Shown: in pieces, positions 1 through 11,499 of the stretch
How the letters are laid out: each line of letters begins with the position of its first letter
Numbering within the stretch: position 1 is the first letter of the stretch
NCBI RefSeq assembly: GCF_006345805.1
Contig: NC_043023.1
Coordinates: 14,508,001-14,572,000 of the forward strand
Length of the DNA stretch: 64,000 nt
Direction of reading: 5' to 3'
From: Octopus sinensis
Lineage: Eukaryota
Translations under genes and position numbers: made by a program
Notes under the pieces: model-generated
Databases searched by the model: none
Told to the model about the DNA's origin: nothing
Seen by the model: the letters and a program-made list of their open reading frames with translations, nothing else

Positions 1-126
1 CTTCCGCACTTTCTCCTTCAGGTCACGCTCCTTCGACAGCAGCAGGGTCTCCTGCTTCTTCAGGAAGTTTTCTTCCCACGCTTCCTTCTCGACGGCCATC
101 CTGTCTCGCAGAGCCTGCAGTTCAGA
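1..126 (-). CDS. CEP131: CEP131 coding exon 17 (partial, runs off window): SELQALRDRMAVEKEAWEENFLKKQETLLLSKERDLKEKVRK
   Basis: ctccctccag acceptor at 127-128; human ELERQAWE...REQELREEIRK. Confidence 0.93.
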
Positions 127-204
127 CTGGAGGGAGAGAGGGAAATGGTTTAGCTGTGTATAGAGAGTGGTGGTAGTGGTGGTGGTGGGGCACTGTATAG
201 CATG

Positions 205-700
205 GAGGGGTGATGGGTGAGGAAGGGGTGGGAAGGGGCGAGAAGGGGAGGGGTGAGGAAGGAGGAGGAGGGAAGAAGAAGCAAAAGAAGAAGAAGGAAG
301 AGGAGAATAATTGGAAGAAGAAGAAAAAGAAGAAGAAGAGGAGGAAGAAGAAGAAGAAGAAGAAGAGGAGGAGGAAGAAGAAGAAGAAGAAGAGGAGGAG
401 GAAGAAGAAGAAGAAGAGGAGGAAGAAGAAGAAGTAGAAAAAGAAGAAGATGAGGAAGAAGGAAGAGAGGAATAATTGGAAGAAGAAGAAGAAAAAGAAG
501 AAGAGGAGGAGAAGGAGGAAGAAGATGAGGAAGAGGGGAATAATTGAAGAAGAAGAAGAAGAAGAGGAGGAAGAAGAGGAGGAGAAGGAGAAGAAGTAGA
601 AAAAGAAGAAGAAGAAAAAGAAGAAGAGCAGGAGGAGGAAGAAGAAGAAGAAGAAGAAGTAGAAAAAGAAGAAGATGAGGAAGAAGAAGGAAGGAGAAGG
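205..700. repeat. (GAA/GGA)n purine-rich microsatellite
   Basis: Directly visible; source of spurious Lys/Arg and Leu-rich ORFs. Confidence 0.95.
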
Positions 701-734
701 AGAATGAAAGAATCCCCCAGAGCCCTATACGTAC

Positions 735-960
735 AGCATGTCTTCTCTCCTGTTCTTCTCGTGCTTTATCAAACTCCTCCTTGGTCGAACTGAGCAGCTG
801 TTGGTGTGCATTGTGCAGCTGTTGCTGCAGTCGGTCGATCTCTGCACGCTCTCGGCAAGACTGGGATGCCAGCCTCCTCTTCTCGTCTTCAATCTCGCTG
901 TACAAACGGCGGCGCTCGTTCTGGAAGGACTCCTCCTCTTGGTGGATTTGTTTCTCGTAT
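735..960 (-). CDS. CEP131: CEP131 coding exon 16: RYEKQIHQEEE...KAREEQERRHA
   Basis: caacag acceptor, gtacgt donor; 226 nt, phase 2 to 0; human RQRLYSEV...GREEQERRH. Confidence 0.95.
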
Positions 961-1039
961 CTGTTGAGGTCAGAGGTCAACGAGAGATTTAATTAATTAA
1001 TAATTAATTAATAACGACAAAGTTATTTTACTAAATAGG

Positions 1040-1800
1040 CGCAGGAGTGGCTGTGTGGTAAGTATCTTGCTAACCAACCAGATGGTTCCGGGTTCATTCC
1101 CACTGCATGGCACCTTGGGCAAGTGTCTTCTGCTATAGCCCCGGACCAACCAATGCCTTGTGAGTGGATTTGGTAGAAGGAAACTGAAAGAAGCCTGTGT
1201 ATATATGTATATAGGTGCAGGAGTGGCTGTGTGGTAAGTAGCTTGCTAACCAACCACATGGTTCTGGGTTCAGTCCCACTGCGTGGCACCTTGGGCAAGT
1301 GTCTTCTGCTATAGCCCCGGGCCGACCAATGCCTTGTGAGTGGATTTGGTAGACGGAAACTGAAAGAAGCCTGTCGTATATATGTATATAGGTGCAGGAG
1401 TGGCTGTGGTAAGTAGCTTGCTAACCAACCACATGGTTCTGGGTTCAGTCCCACTGCGTGGCACCTTGGGCAAGTGTCTTCTGCTATAGCCCCGGGCCGA
1501 CCAATGCCTTGTGAGTGGATTTGGTAGACGGAAACTGAAAGAAGCCTGTCGTATATATGTGTATATATATTTATGTATGTGTGTGTGTTTGTGTGTTTGT
1601 GTGTCTGTGTGTGTCTCCCTAGCATTGCTTGACAACCGATGCTGGTGTGTTTACGTACCCGTTACTTAGCAGTTCGGCAAAAGAGACCGATAGAATAAGT
1701 ACTGGGCTTACAAAAGAATAAGTCCCGGGGTCGATTTTCTCGACTAAAGGCAGTGCTCCAGCATGGCCGCAGTCAAATGACTGAAACAAGTAAAAGAGTA
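1040..1800 (+). mobile_element. tRNA-derived SINE family A, three heads plus one tail
   Basis: Head GGAGTGGCTGTGTGGTAAG...GGTTCAGTCCC...ACCTTGGGCAAGT x3, then (TA/TG)n and tail ending GAAACAAGTAAAAGAG; about 17 copies in the window on both strands. Confidence 0.85.
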
Positions 1801-2168
1801 AATCCTTCATTATTCTCTGAAATTAATTGAAACAAAGTCAAGTGTATTTCAACAGAAATATGGTAACAAAAGGGTTAAAGTAATCTAAATTAAAACCTTC
1901 CAATCAAAAAAATATTCGAGTGAGGTTGTTGCCAGTGCCGCTGGACTGGTTCCTGTGCAGGTGGCACAAAAAGCACCATTTGAGCGTGGCCATTGCCAGT
2001 ACCCCCTGACTGACTCCTGTGCTGGTGGCACTTAAAAAGCACCAACCAATCATGACTGACGCCAGTACCCCCATATTGGTTCGTATGCCGGTGGCACATA
2101 AAAGCACCCACTACACTCTTGGAGTTAAGTAATGTAGGGGGGACAAACACAGACACACAAACATATAT

Positions 2169-2360
2169 ATGTGACTGCGTGTGTACCGTTGGCGATTTTT
2201 TTTCCTCTGTCTTCCCTTCTCTGGATCTTTCCTTCTCTGAAGAGCTCCGCTTGAAACGTTAAACCCTCCTTCTTTCCTGAGCGTCCAATAATACTATATT
2301 TGTTCCACGTCCTTGCGTTGTTGTGTTTTTTTGTGCTTTCTTGTTTGGATTAACTTTATA
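2169..2360 (+). mobile_element. Short Penelope-like (pLTR-type) dispersed element, copy 1
   Basis: Reverse-complement match to 30023-30211; carries GAAGAGCTCCGCTTGAAACGTT. Confidence 0.5.
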
Positions 2361-2457
2361 TATATATATACATATACAATGGGCTTCTTTCAGTTTCTGT
2401 CTGGTAAGCAAGCTGCTTACCACACAGCCACTCCTGCACCTACAAAAAATAAGTCAC

Positions 2458-2570
2458 TATCAAGAGTGGGATTTGAACCCATGCCTATATTTGTGGACCA
2501 GAGTACTCTATGATCTGGTTAAGGTAGTAAACCTTGAGTCTGGCCCCTTAAACCGTTTGGTCATCCTGAT
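2458..2570 (-). pseudogene. Intron-containing tRNA-Leu(CAA) pseudogene
   Basis: Minus strand ATCAGGATGACCAAACGGTTTAAGGGGCCAGACTCAAG-(about 29 nt)-CTCTGG...GCATGGGTTCAAATCCCACTCTTGATA; acceptor and anticodon stems pair, D and T arms have mismatches. Confidence 0.75.
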
Positions 2571-2607
2571 ACACACTCAACACAGAGAACCATGAAAATA
2601 CACCCAC

Positions 2608-2825
2608 CTTTGTTTGGCAAGCTCCCTCTCATGTGAGCAAGCCTCTTCCTTCTCTTTGGCCAGCTGGGAGCGCAAGTCCTCGGTCAACTTCACATACCTC
2701 TGGGCAGCCCTCTCATCTGACTCCAGTAACTCAGCTTCATGGATCTGCTTCACTTTATTCATTTCACCTTTGTGTTTGGCAATCAAACGCTGGATCTCAG
2801 GTTCAAGCCCCTTCACAGTCATCTC
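2608..2825 (-). CDS. CEP131: CEP131 coding exon 15: EMTVKGLEPEIQRLIAKHK...ERELAKQ
   Basis: aatcag acceptor, gtgggt donor; 218 nt, phase 0 to 2; human EVTVRGLEPEIQKLIARHK. Confidence 0.96.
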
Positions 2826-2973
2826 CTGATTATAAATGAAATAAATCAATAACACATACATGCAAACATGCACATACATATATATTCAAGCAGAATGGAA
2901 TACAACAGGTAAAACATGCACTACAAGTGTTTCATAGCAAAATGATGCCTTTTACATAAGTTATAACACACAA

Positions 2974-3360
2974 GTGGAGGCGCAATGGCCCAGTGGTTAG
3001 GGCAGCGGACTCGTGGTCGTAGGATCGCGGTTTTGATTCCCAGACCGGGCGTTGTGAGTGTCTATTGAGCGAAAACACTTAAAGCTCCATGAGGCTCCGG
3101 CAGGGATGGTGGTGATCCCTGCTGTGCTCTGTCACCACAACTTTCTCTCATTCTTACTTCCTGTTTCTGTTGTACCTGTATTTCAAAGGGCCGGCCTTGA
3201 CACTCTCTGTGTCACGCTGAATATCCCCGAGAACTACGTTAAGGGTACACGTGTCTGTGGAGTGCTCAGCCACTTTACACGTTAATTTCACGAGCAGGCT
3301 GTTCCGTTGATTTGGATCAACCGGAACCCTCGTCGTCATAGCCGATGGAGTGCTTCCATA
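2974..3360 (+). mobile_element. tRNA(Arg-like)-derived SINE family D, full length with TSD
   Basis: GTGGAGGCGCAATGGCCCAGTGGTTAGGGCAGCGGACTCG head; 11-bp TSD ATAACACACAA at 2963-2973 and 3361-3371. Confidence 0.85.
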
Positions 3361-3548
3361 ATAACACACAAAAACCAGCTCAGCTTTTCTTCCGGTTCTA
3401 TTACTTCTACCTTGTTTACATTATTGGGTTAAGATGAACAAATGAAATATGAGTTTGATATTTTATTTGTTTATCTCCACATGACAATTTAAACAACACA
3501 GAGGTAAAAGGACCTGATGATTAGCTAAGCTGGCTCTGTGTATGTTTC

Positions 3549-4690
3549 TTATTTCTTTATTGCCCACAAGGGGCTAAACATAGAGGGGACAAACAAGGAT
3601 AGACAAACGGATTAAGTCGATAAGATTGACCCCAGTGCGTAACTGGTACTTAATTTATCGACCCCGAAAGGATGAAAGGCAAAGTCGACCTCGGTGGAAT
3701 TTGAATTCAAAACATAACGGCAGACGAAATACCTATTTCTTTACTACCCACAAGGGGCTAAACACAGAGAGGACAAAGAAGGACAGACAAACGGATTAAG
3801 TCGATTACATTGACCCCAGTGCGTAACTGGTACTTAATTTATCAACCCCGAAAGGATGAAAGGCAAAGTCGACCTCGGTGGAATTTGAACTCAAAACATA
3901 ACGGCAGACGAAATACCTATTTCTTTACTACCCACAAGGGGCTAAACATAGAGGGGACAAACAAGGACAGACAAACGGATTAAGTCAATTACATTGACCC
4001 AGTGCATAACTGGTACTTAATTTATCAACCCCGAAAGGATGAAAGGCAAAGTCGACCTTGGCGGAATTTGAACTCAGAACGTAGCGGCAGATGAAATACC
4101 GCTAAGCATTTCACCCAGTGTGCTAACGTTTCTAATTTCTTTATTGCCCACAGAGGACTAAACATAGAGGGGACAAACAAGGACAGACAAAGGGATTAAG
4201 TCGATTAGATTGACCCCAGTGCGTAACTGGTACTCATTTAATCAACCACGAAAGGATAAAAAGCAAAGTTGACCGTGGCAGAATTTGAACTCAGAACGTA
4301 GCGGCAGACGAAATACCTATTTCTTTACTACCCACAAGTGGCCAAACACAGAGAGGACAAACAAGGACAGACAAACGGATTAAGTCGATTATATTGACCC
4401 CAGTGCATAACTGGTACTTATTTAATTGACCCCAAAAGGATGAAAGGCAAAGTCAACCACAGCGGAATTTGAACTCAGAACGTAGCGATTCATTTCGCCC
4501 GGCGTGCAAACAAGGACAGACAAACGGATTAAGTCGATTAGATTGACCCCAGTGCGTAACTGGTACTTATTTAATCAACCCCAAAAGGATAAAAAGCAAA
4601 GTTGACCTTGACGGAATTTGAACTCAGAACGTAACAGCAGATGAAATACTGCCAAGCATTTCACCCGGCATGTTAACATTTCTGCCATCT
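3549..4690 (-). mobile_element. SINE family B head-to-tail multimer (about 6 diverged units)
   Basis: About 190-bp units with GAGTTCAAATTCC box B and GCCTTTCATCCTTTCGGGGTCGAT central domain. Confidence 0.85.
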
Positions 4691-5193
4691 GTACAATTTC
4701 TAGCAATCAAATTCCATTTATAAGTTACTAGCAGTATCGCCCGGCGTTGCTCAGATTTGTAAGGGAAATAACTATAAAGCATTTTTAGAGAGTTATAGCT
4801 AAAAAATAGCAAAAAAATGGAAAAAAAATGATGGTAAATTTTTTTTGAGAGTTAAAACAGGTGGAGTTGCGTCCCCTAGATGGTCTGTGGTTTGGGTTTC
4901 TGATTCTCGACCCCATGTCGAATTTATCGATTTTTTTCAGAACTGGGGGAACTTTTCAAAATTTTGGCTGCGTTAGTTTTGAATTATGACATTGGGCTAT
5001 GTGTGTGTCAAGTTTCATCAGAATCGGTTGAAAGCCGTGGTCAGGGTGAGGGTACAAGCAAACAGACACACAGAAACACGCACAGACAAACTGCCGTTTA
5101 TATATAGAGAGATGCCAACCAAAGTCTAGAGGAAAAGACACTTGCCCCAGTTTATCCAAGGTACCATACAATGGGATTGAACCCAAAACTTAC

Positions 5194-5290
5194 CTTAATC
5201 TTCTTCGTCTTGTCTTCTATCCATTTCTCGCGGCGTATTTTTTCTGATGTTAACGAAAGTTCTTTAAATTTCTTCAGCTCTGTGTTGTAC
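5194..5290 (-). CDS. CEP131: CEP131 coding exon 14: YNTELKKFKELSLTSEKIRREKWIEDKTKKIK
   Basis: ttctag acceptor, gtaagt donor; 97 nt, phase 2 to 0; human RREKWISEKTKKIK. Confidence 0.95.
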
Positions 5291-5434
5291 CTAGAAGCAG
5301 CAGAAAACACAAGCATCTGCTTAATCAGGTTACATGATGTTACCTCAACATTTTACATCAAATCCTGGGACAAGCATACCAGACATGAAGCAAATATAGA
5401 AACACAAATAAGTTGTCCTCATTAATCCTTTTGA

Positions 5435-6990
5435 TACAACCAAGAGAATGCCCTCCATCAAGCATTTGCCATATTCTGAACGCCTTACTTCCCTGGGCAT
5501 GGACACATTGAAACTCCGACATCTGGCAGCTGACTTGGCAGACACCCATAAAATTATTAACCATCTTACAAACAATAACTCTGAGCACCTTTTCGAGAAG
5601 GCTGAGGGTGTCCTGGCATCACTTACCAAGTCCTTTGTGAGCCGCGCTCCAGCTATTTATCTGCGGCTTTATATAGCTATGGTGCGGCCTCACCCAGAAT
5701 TTGCATCACTGGTCTGGAACCCCTATCTTGCCCAGGATATTAATCGTCTGGAAGCCGTTCAGCAATGTGCAACCAAGAGAATACCCTCCATCAAGCATTT
5801 GCCATATTCTGAACGCCTTACTTCCCTGGGCATGGACACATTGAAACTCCGACATCTGGCAGCTGACTTGGCAGACACCCATAAAATTATTAACCATCTT
5901 ACAAACAATAACTCTGAGCACCTTTTCGAGAAGGCTGAGGGTGTCCTGGCATCACTTACCAAGTCCTTTGTGAGCCGCGCTCCAGCTATTTATCTGCGGC
6001 TTTATATAGCTATGGTGCGGCCCCACCCAGAATTTGCATCACTGGTCTGGAACCCCTATCTTGCCCAGGATATTAATCGTCTGGAAGCCGTTCAGCGACG
6101 TGCAAACAAGAGAATGCCCTCCATCAGGCATTTGCCATATTCTGAACGCCTTACTTCCCTGGACATGGACATATTGAAACTCCGACGTCTGGCAGCTGAC
6201 TTGGCAGACACTCTTTTACTTGTTTCAGTCATTTGACTGTGGCCATGCTGGAGCACCGCCTTTAATCGAGCAACTCAACCCCAGGACTTATTCTTTTGCA
6301 AGCCCAGTACTTATTCTATTGGTCTCTTTTGTCGAACCGCTAAGTGACGGGGACATAAACACACCAGCATCGGTTGTCAAGCAATGCTAGGGGGACAAAC
6401 ACACACATATATATATATACATATATCTACGACGGGCTTCTTTCAGTTTCCGTCTACCAAATCCACTCACAAGGCTTTGGTCGGCCCGAGGCTATAGTAG
6501 AAGACACTTGCCCAAGGTGCCACGCAGTGGGACTGAACCCGGAACCATGTGGTTGGTAAGCAAGCTACTTACCACACAGCCACTCCTGCGCCTATAAAAT
6601 TATTAACCATCTTACTAACAATAACTCTGAGCACCTTTTCAAACTCCACCTGTCTAACACCCGTGGACATATTTACAAAGTCAGAAAACAGCACAGCTCC
6701 CATGACTTCAGGAAACATTTTTTCATGCTAAGAGTTACTGAAGCATGGAACAAACTGCCAGCATCAGTTGTTAGTTGTCGGAGCACTGCATCCTTCAAAA
6801 CTTCCATGCTTCCTGAGATTCGCCAACACTACAACTGATTTTCTCCCCTCCATACACACGCAAGCATGTATCTGACTCATACACTGTTCACTTCCCAGAC
6901 ATTTGTACATTACTGCATATGCTTTATACGCACTTTTGACAAGTTGTGGTGCACCTGAGCACTGTATACAATAATTTCATTAATATTATA
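5435..6990 (+). mobile_element. 5'-truncated CR1/L2-type LINE 3' end, internally duplicated and split by a SINE A
   Basis: VRPHPEFASLVWNP...RLEAVQRRA.KR...YSERL...LRRLAADL RT C-terminal motif; 333-bp unit x2.4; resumes at 6593; tail CACCTGAGCACTGTA. Confidence 0.85.
6207..6592 (-). mobile_element. SINE family A inserted into the CR1 remnant
   Basis: LINE sequence GCAGACAC/ATAAAATTATT is interrupted and resumes. Confidence 0.85.
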
Positions 6991-7210
6991 CCAACCCACC
7001 TGAGATCTTTGGTTCTATGATACAGACTTCATGTTTTGAAGTGATTTTAACTAAAGCCTTCCGTCAAAATTACAAGTTAAGGTTTTAAGTTAGATCACTT
7101 TAATTCTTTTGTTAGAAAACCCCCACCTTATAATAATAACAAAGTTATTTTACTAAACTCTTTGTTATTTTCAAAAGTTATTGAAACAAAGTGTATTTCA
7201 ACAGAAATAT

Positions 7211-8016
7211 CTTGTCTTCTTCTTGTATTAAGACAGCATTCACCCGAGGTGGATTGAGCTGGCTTCATTCATCCTCAATGCTGCATCTCTCACAAACGCC
7301 GAGCAGACCTAGTGATTTGAGGCTAACAACCGCGTGATCTCCAACCACTCCCTATTCCAGCGGTGAACGCTGTAGATATGGGGACCTAGGTTGGGTTCCA
7401 GATCAGCCTTGACCGTCATCAGCCAGGTTTTTTGTGATCCACCACATCGCTTTCACCAACCCTTGAAGGGGAGCTGGGGCAATTGCTTCGTAGGTTGGGT
7501 TCCAGATCAGCCTTGACCGTCATCAGCCAGGTTTTTCGTTGTCCACCACATCGCTTTCGCTAACCCTGAAGGGGAGCTGGGGCAATTGCTTCGTAGGTTG
7601 GGTTCCAGATCAGCCTTAACTGTCATCAGCCAGGTTTTTCGTTGTCCACCACATCACATTCGCCAACCCTGAAGGGGAGCTGGGGCAATTGCTTCGTAGG
7701 TTGGGTTCCAGATCAGCCTTGACTGTCATCAGCCAGGTTTTTCGTTGTCCACCACATCGCTTTTGCCAACCCTGAAGGGGAGCTGGGACAATTGCTTCGT
7801 AGGTTGGGTTCCATATCAGTCTTGACTGTCATCAGCCAGGTTTTTTGTGATCCACCACATCGCTTTCGCCAACCCTTGAAGGGGAGCTGGGGCAATTGCT
7901 TCGTAGGTTGGGTTCCAGATAAGCCTTGACTGTCATCAGCCAGGTTTTTCATTGTCCACCACATCGCTTTCGCCAACCCTGAAGGGGAGCTGGGGTAATT
8001 GTAATTGCTTTGTACG
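7211..8016 (-). mobile_element. 5'-truncated RTE-type LINE with six about 103-bp tandem units and TSD
   Basis: Minus translation GWRKRCGGQRKTWLMTVKADLEPNLGP..RWNREW...VRDA; TSD AACAGAAATAT at 7200-7210 and 8017-8027. Confidence 0.75.
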
Positions 8017-8289
8017 AACAGAAATATGGTAACAGAAGGGTTAAAGGGATCTAAACTAAAACCTTAAATTCAAAATTTCGTTTTGATTTATGTTCCAAAC
8101 TTTAGTGGAACATAATCCTTAGTGGATTATCCTGAGTTTACTCGTGCATCGCAAATGTATTTTTTTAGAATCAGACGAGTATACTCGGTCAAAATTAATT
8201 TTTAATTTTAGCACTTAAATGAGTTTGTTTTGTGTTGTTTCATTTTTGAGCAATCATGAATTTAGTCGCGTTGTCGTACGCCTGGCAGC

Positions 8290-8825
8290 ACATATTCTGG
8301 TGATAACAATGATAATGATGATGATGAAGATGATGATAACAACAATAAGGATGATGATGGTGATGATGGTGATAACAATGATGATGATGATGATGAAGAA
8401 AATGATGACGAAAACAATCATGATGATGAGGACAATGATAAGGATGATGATGATGACAACAACAACAACGAAGAAGAAGGAGGAGAAGAAGGAGGAGAAG
8501 AAGAAGAAGGAGAAGAAGGAGGAGAAGAAGAAGGAGGAGGAGGAGAAGAAGAAGAAAGAGAAGGAGAAGGAGAAGAAAGTGAAGAAGAAGAAGAAGAAAG
8601 AGAAGAAGAAAGAGAAGGAGAGGGAGAAGAAGGAGGTGAAGAAGGAGAGGGAGAAGAAGGAGGAGAAGAAGAAGAAGAAGAGAAGGAGAGGGAGAAGAAG
8701 AAGAAGAAGAAGAAGAACAACAACAACAACAACAAGAACAACAACGATGATGATGACAACAACACCAAGAAGAAGAAGAACAACAACAACAGCAACAAAG
8801 ACAACAATGACGACGACATCAACGG
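8290..8825. repeat. (GAT)/(GAA)/(CAA) trinucleotide mosaic
   Basis: Directly visible. Confidence 0.95.
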
Positions 8826-8865
8826 ATGATAACAAAGGTACTGAAATCTCCCCTCTGTTCCTCAC

Positions 8866-8972
8866 TTGTCCGTCTGATTCTTCATCTTGTCCTGATGCTT
8901 CCTGTCCATCGTTTTCAGCTCCTTCACCAACTGCTCACACTTTTCATTCAGCATCTTCTTGTCATCAATCAA
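8866..8972 (-). CDS. CEP131: CEP131 coding exon 13: LIDDKKMLNEKCEQLVKELKTMDRKHQDKMKNQTD
   Basis: ttttccag acceptor, gtgagg donor; 107 nt, phase 0 to 2; human LIEDKKVLSEKCE. Confidence 0.95.
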
Positions 8973-9044
8973 CTGGAAAAGAAACGAGACAACCATGACG
9001 CAATAGCTGAGACATATCTTACATTAAATCATGACATAGGCACA

Positions 9045-9210
9045 ATGGGAGTGGCTGTGTGGTAAGTAGCTTGCTTACCAACCACATGGTTCCGGGTTCA
9101 GTCCCACTGCGTGGCACCTTGGGCAAGTGTCTTCTGCTATAGCCCTGGGCCGACCAATGCCTTGTGAGTGGATTTGGTGGACAGAAACTGAAAGAAGCCC
9201 ATCGTATATA

Positions 9211-9262
<52 letters not shown>

Positions 9263-9428
9263 AGTGGCTGTGTGGTAAGTAGCTTGCTTACCAACCACAT
9301 GGTTCCGGGTTCAGTCCCACTGCGTGGCACCTTGGGCAAGTGTCTTCTGCTATAGCCCCAGGCCGACCAATGCCTTGTGAGTGGATTTGGTAGATGGAAA
9401 CTGAAAGAAGCCTGTTGTATGTGTGTGC

Positions 9429-9464
<36 letters not shown>

Positions 9465-9690
9465 GCATGTGTGTGTTTGTGTGACTGTGTTGTCCCCCTA
9501 GTATTGCTTGACAACCGATGCTGGTGTGTTTACGTCCTCGTCACTTAGCGGTTCGGCAAAAAAGGCCGATAGAATAAGTACTGGGCTTACAAAGAATAAG
9601 TGCCGGGGTTGATTTGCTCGACTAAAGGCGGTGCTCCAGCATGGCCGCAGTCAAATGATTGAAACAAGTAAAAGAGTAAAAAAGAGAAAA
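9045..9690 (+). mobile_element. SINE family A (two heads plus tail)
   Basis: Matches 1040-1800. Confidence 0.85.
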
Positions 9691-9697
9691 AGAGAGA

Positions 9698-10200
9698 TAC
9701 CGTAAATCCCTGAGTATAGTCCGCCCTTGAGTATAATATGCAGGGGATTTTTAGGGGGCTGTACCTCTGAAAAACCTAAACCTTGTGTATAATACGCACC
9801 CCTTCTCTAACTTGAGTTGTGCGTAATTAAGCCAGCAGCACTTAGTCGAACAAACACTTCCATGCATGTGTAATACAATAATGGTGATGTTCTTAACTGT
9901 TATATGGGAATGTAAATATGTTTGCAAATTGTTTTTGTTATATGTTATTCTGTGTTCTGAATACTTTTATTTTAATAAATGTTGCTTACTGCAAGTTATG
10001 GATGATTCTTTTATGACTTCATTGCTTTCAGGCTTAGCTTAAGGGATTTTCGCGCCCGACATCACAAAATGCGTCTGAATAAACATTGCCAGACAAACAA
10101 ATAGAGACTCGGACATTGCTTAGAAAATAATTTTCATTTTTTAACCTCATATATAATACGCACTAGGGATTTTGACCGTTAATTTTTGGGGAAAAATGCG
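9698..10200 (+). mobile_element. Non-autonomous Tc1/mariner-pogo-like DNA element (one end)
   Basis: Starts TACCGTAAATCCCTGAGTATAGTCCGC with recurring TATAATACGCAC subterminal motifs; right end cut by a SINE A (10200-10570). Confidence 0.4.
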
Positions 10201-11087
10201 GATGTTACTTGTTTCAATCATTTGACTGCGGCCATGCTGGAGCACTGCCTTTAATCGAGCAAATCGACCCCAGGACTTATTCTTTGTAAGCCTAGTACTT
10301 ATTCTATCGGTCTCTTTTGCTGAACTGCTAAGTTACGGGGACGTAAATACACCAGCATCAGTTGTCAAGTGATGTTGAGGATGGACAAACAGACACACAA
10401 ACACATACATATATACGACGGGCTTCTTTCAGTTTCCACCTACCAAATCCACTCACAAGGCTTTGGTCGGCCCGAGGCTATAGCAGAAGACACTTGCCCA
10501 AGGTGCCACGCAGGTGGACTGAACCCGGAACCATGTGGTTCGTAAGCAAGCTACTTACCACACAGCCACTTTATCTTTTACTTGCTTCAGTCATTAGACT
10601 GCAGCCATGCTGGAGCACCTCCACTCAGCATCAATATAAGAAGCACTGTTGTTCTTCCACTACCTCGTTACAATCCACCCTGCTGCGGTCACATGACTTT
10701 GCCATATCCCTATAAGGGTGGTTTAATGAGTGCTATGCCTCGCCAAAGGGCAGTCCATATCTTATTCTACCGATGGAATGAGTATTCCATTATCTGATTA
10801 CACAACCATGGATGCCACCTCTATAGATGCGTTGCAGTTACTCTGTTGATAGAGCTTGGCGATCCTAACTGCTGATCTAGGAATCTTCTGCTCAGCATAA
10901 ATGTAAGAAGCACCATCGGTTCGGTTGAGCTTTTCTGCTACTTGTTCACAATCCACCATGCTGGAGTCCCATGACATTGCCATATCTTTAGCAGGGTGGC
11001 TGAATGGGTACTGTGCCTTGCCAAAGGACAACCCATAACTATGCAGAGCATGGTAGTCACTCTATGAAGTGTTTTTAAAATAGATAA

Positions 11088-11325
11088 GGCGGCGAACTAG
11101 CAGAAATGTTAACGCGCTGGGCGAAATGCTTAGCAGTATTTCGTCTGCCGTTACGTTCTGAGTTCAAATTCCGCTGAGGTTGGCTTTGTCTTTCATCCTT
11201 TTGGGGTCGATAAATTAAGTACCAGTTATGCACTGGAGTCAATGTAATTTACTTAATCCCTTCGTCTGTCCTTGTTTGTCCCCTCTGTGTTTAGCCCCTT
11301 GTGGGTAGTAAAGAAATGGGTATTT
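11088..11325 (+). mobile_element. SINE family B monomer
   Basis: GGCGAACTAGCAGAAATGTTAAC head to GTGGGTAGTAAAGAAAT tail. Confidence 0.85.
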
Positions 11326-11373
11326 TTAAAATAGCCACATATACATAATATAATAAAAAATTGAAAAAAATAC

Positions 11374-11499
11374 CTGATCAATAAAAGATAGATGTCTCTT
11401 AATCGTGTTCTCGTATTGATCTTTCTGATGTTGAAGAAGTCTTTTCATTTCTTTTTCCGCTTCTTTGGCGTGGCGCACAGTCAGTTCTCGTTGTTGGTT
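11374..11499 (-). CDS. CEP131: CEP131 coding exon 12: NQQRELTVRH...YENTIKRHLSFIDQ
   Basis: ttacag acceptor, gtattt donor; 126 nt, phase 0/0; human YEATIQRHLAFIDQ. Confidence 0.95.

Noticed and set aside
150-730. 276-aa ORF extension and Lys/Arg-rich plus-strand ORFs
   Set aside because: Only 735-960 is exon; the rest is read-through into a (GAA/GGA)n intron tract
5448-6236. 262-aa ORF as a host gene
   Set aside because: Tandemly duplicated CR1 RT C-terminal fragment, no complete domain
8219-8865. Long Met/Lys/Thr and Phe/Ser-rich ORFs
   Set aside because: Trinucleotide microsatellite translations
10690-11070. Non-repetitive-looking segment with a 77-aa minus ORF
   Set aside because: Not needed for exon 12 to 13 phase continuity, no recognisable motif; possibly a decayed TE
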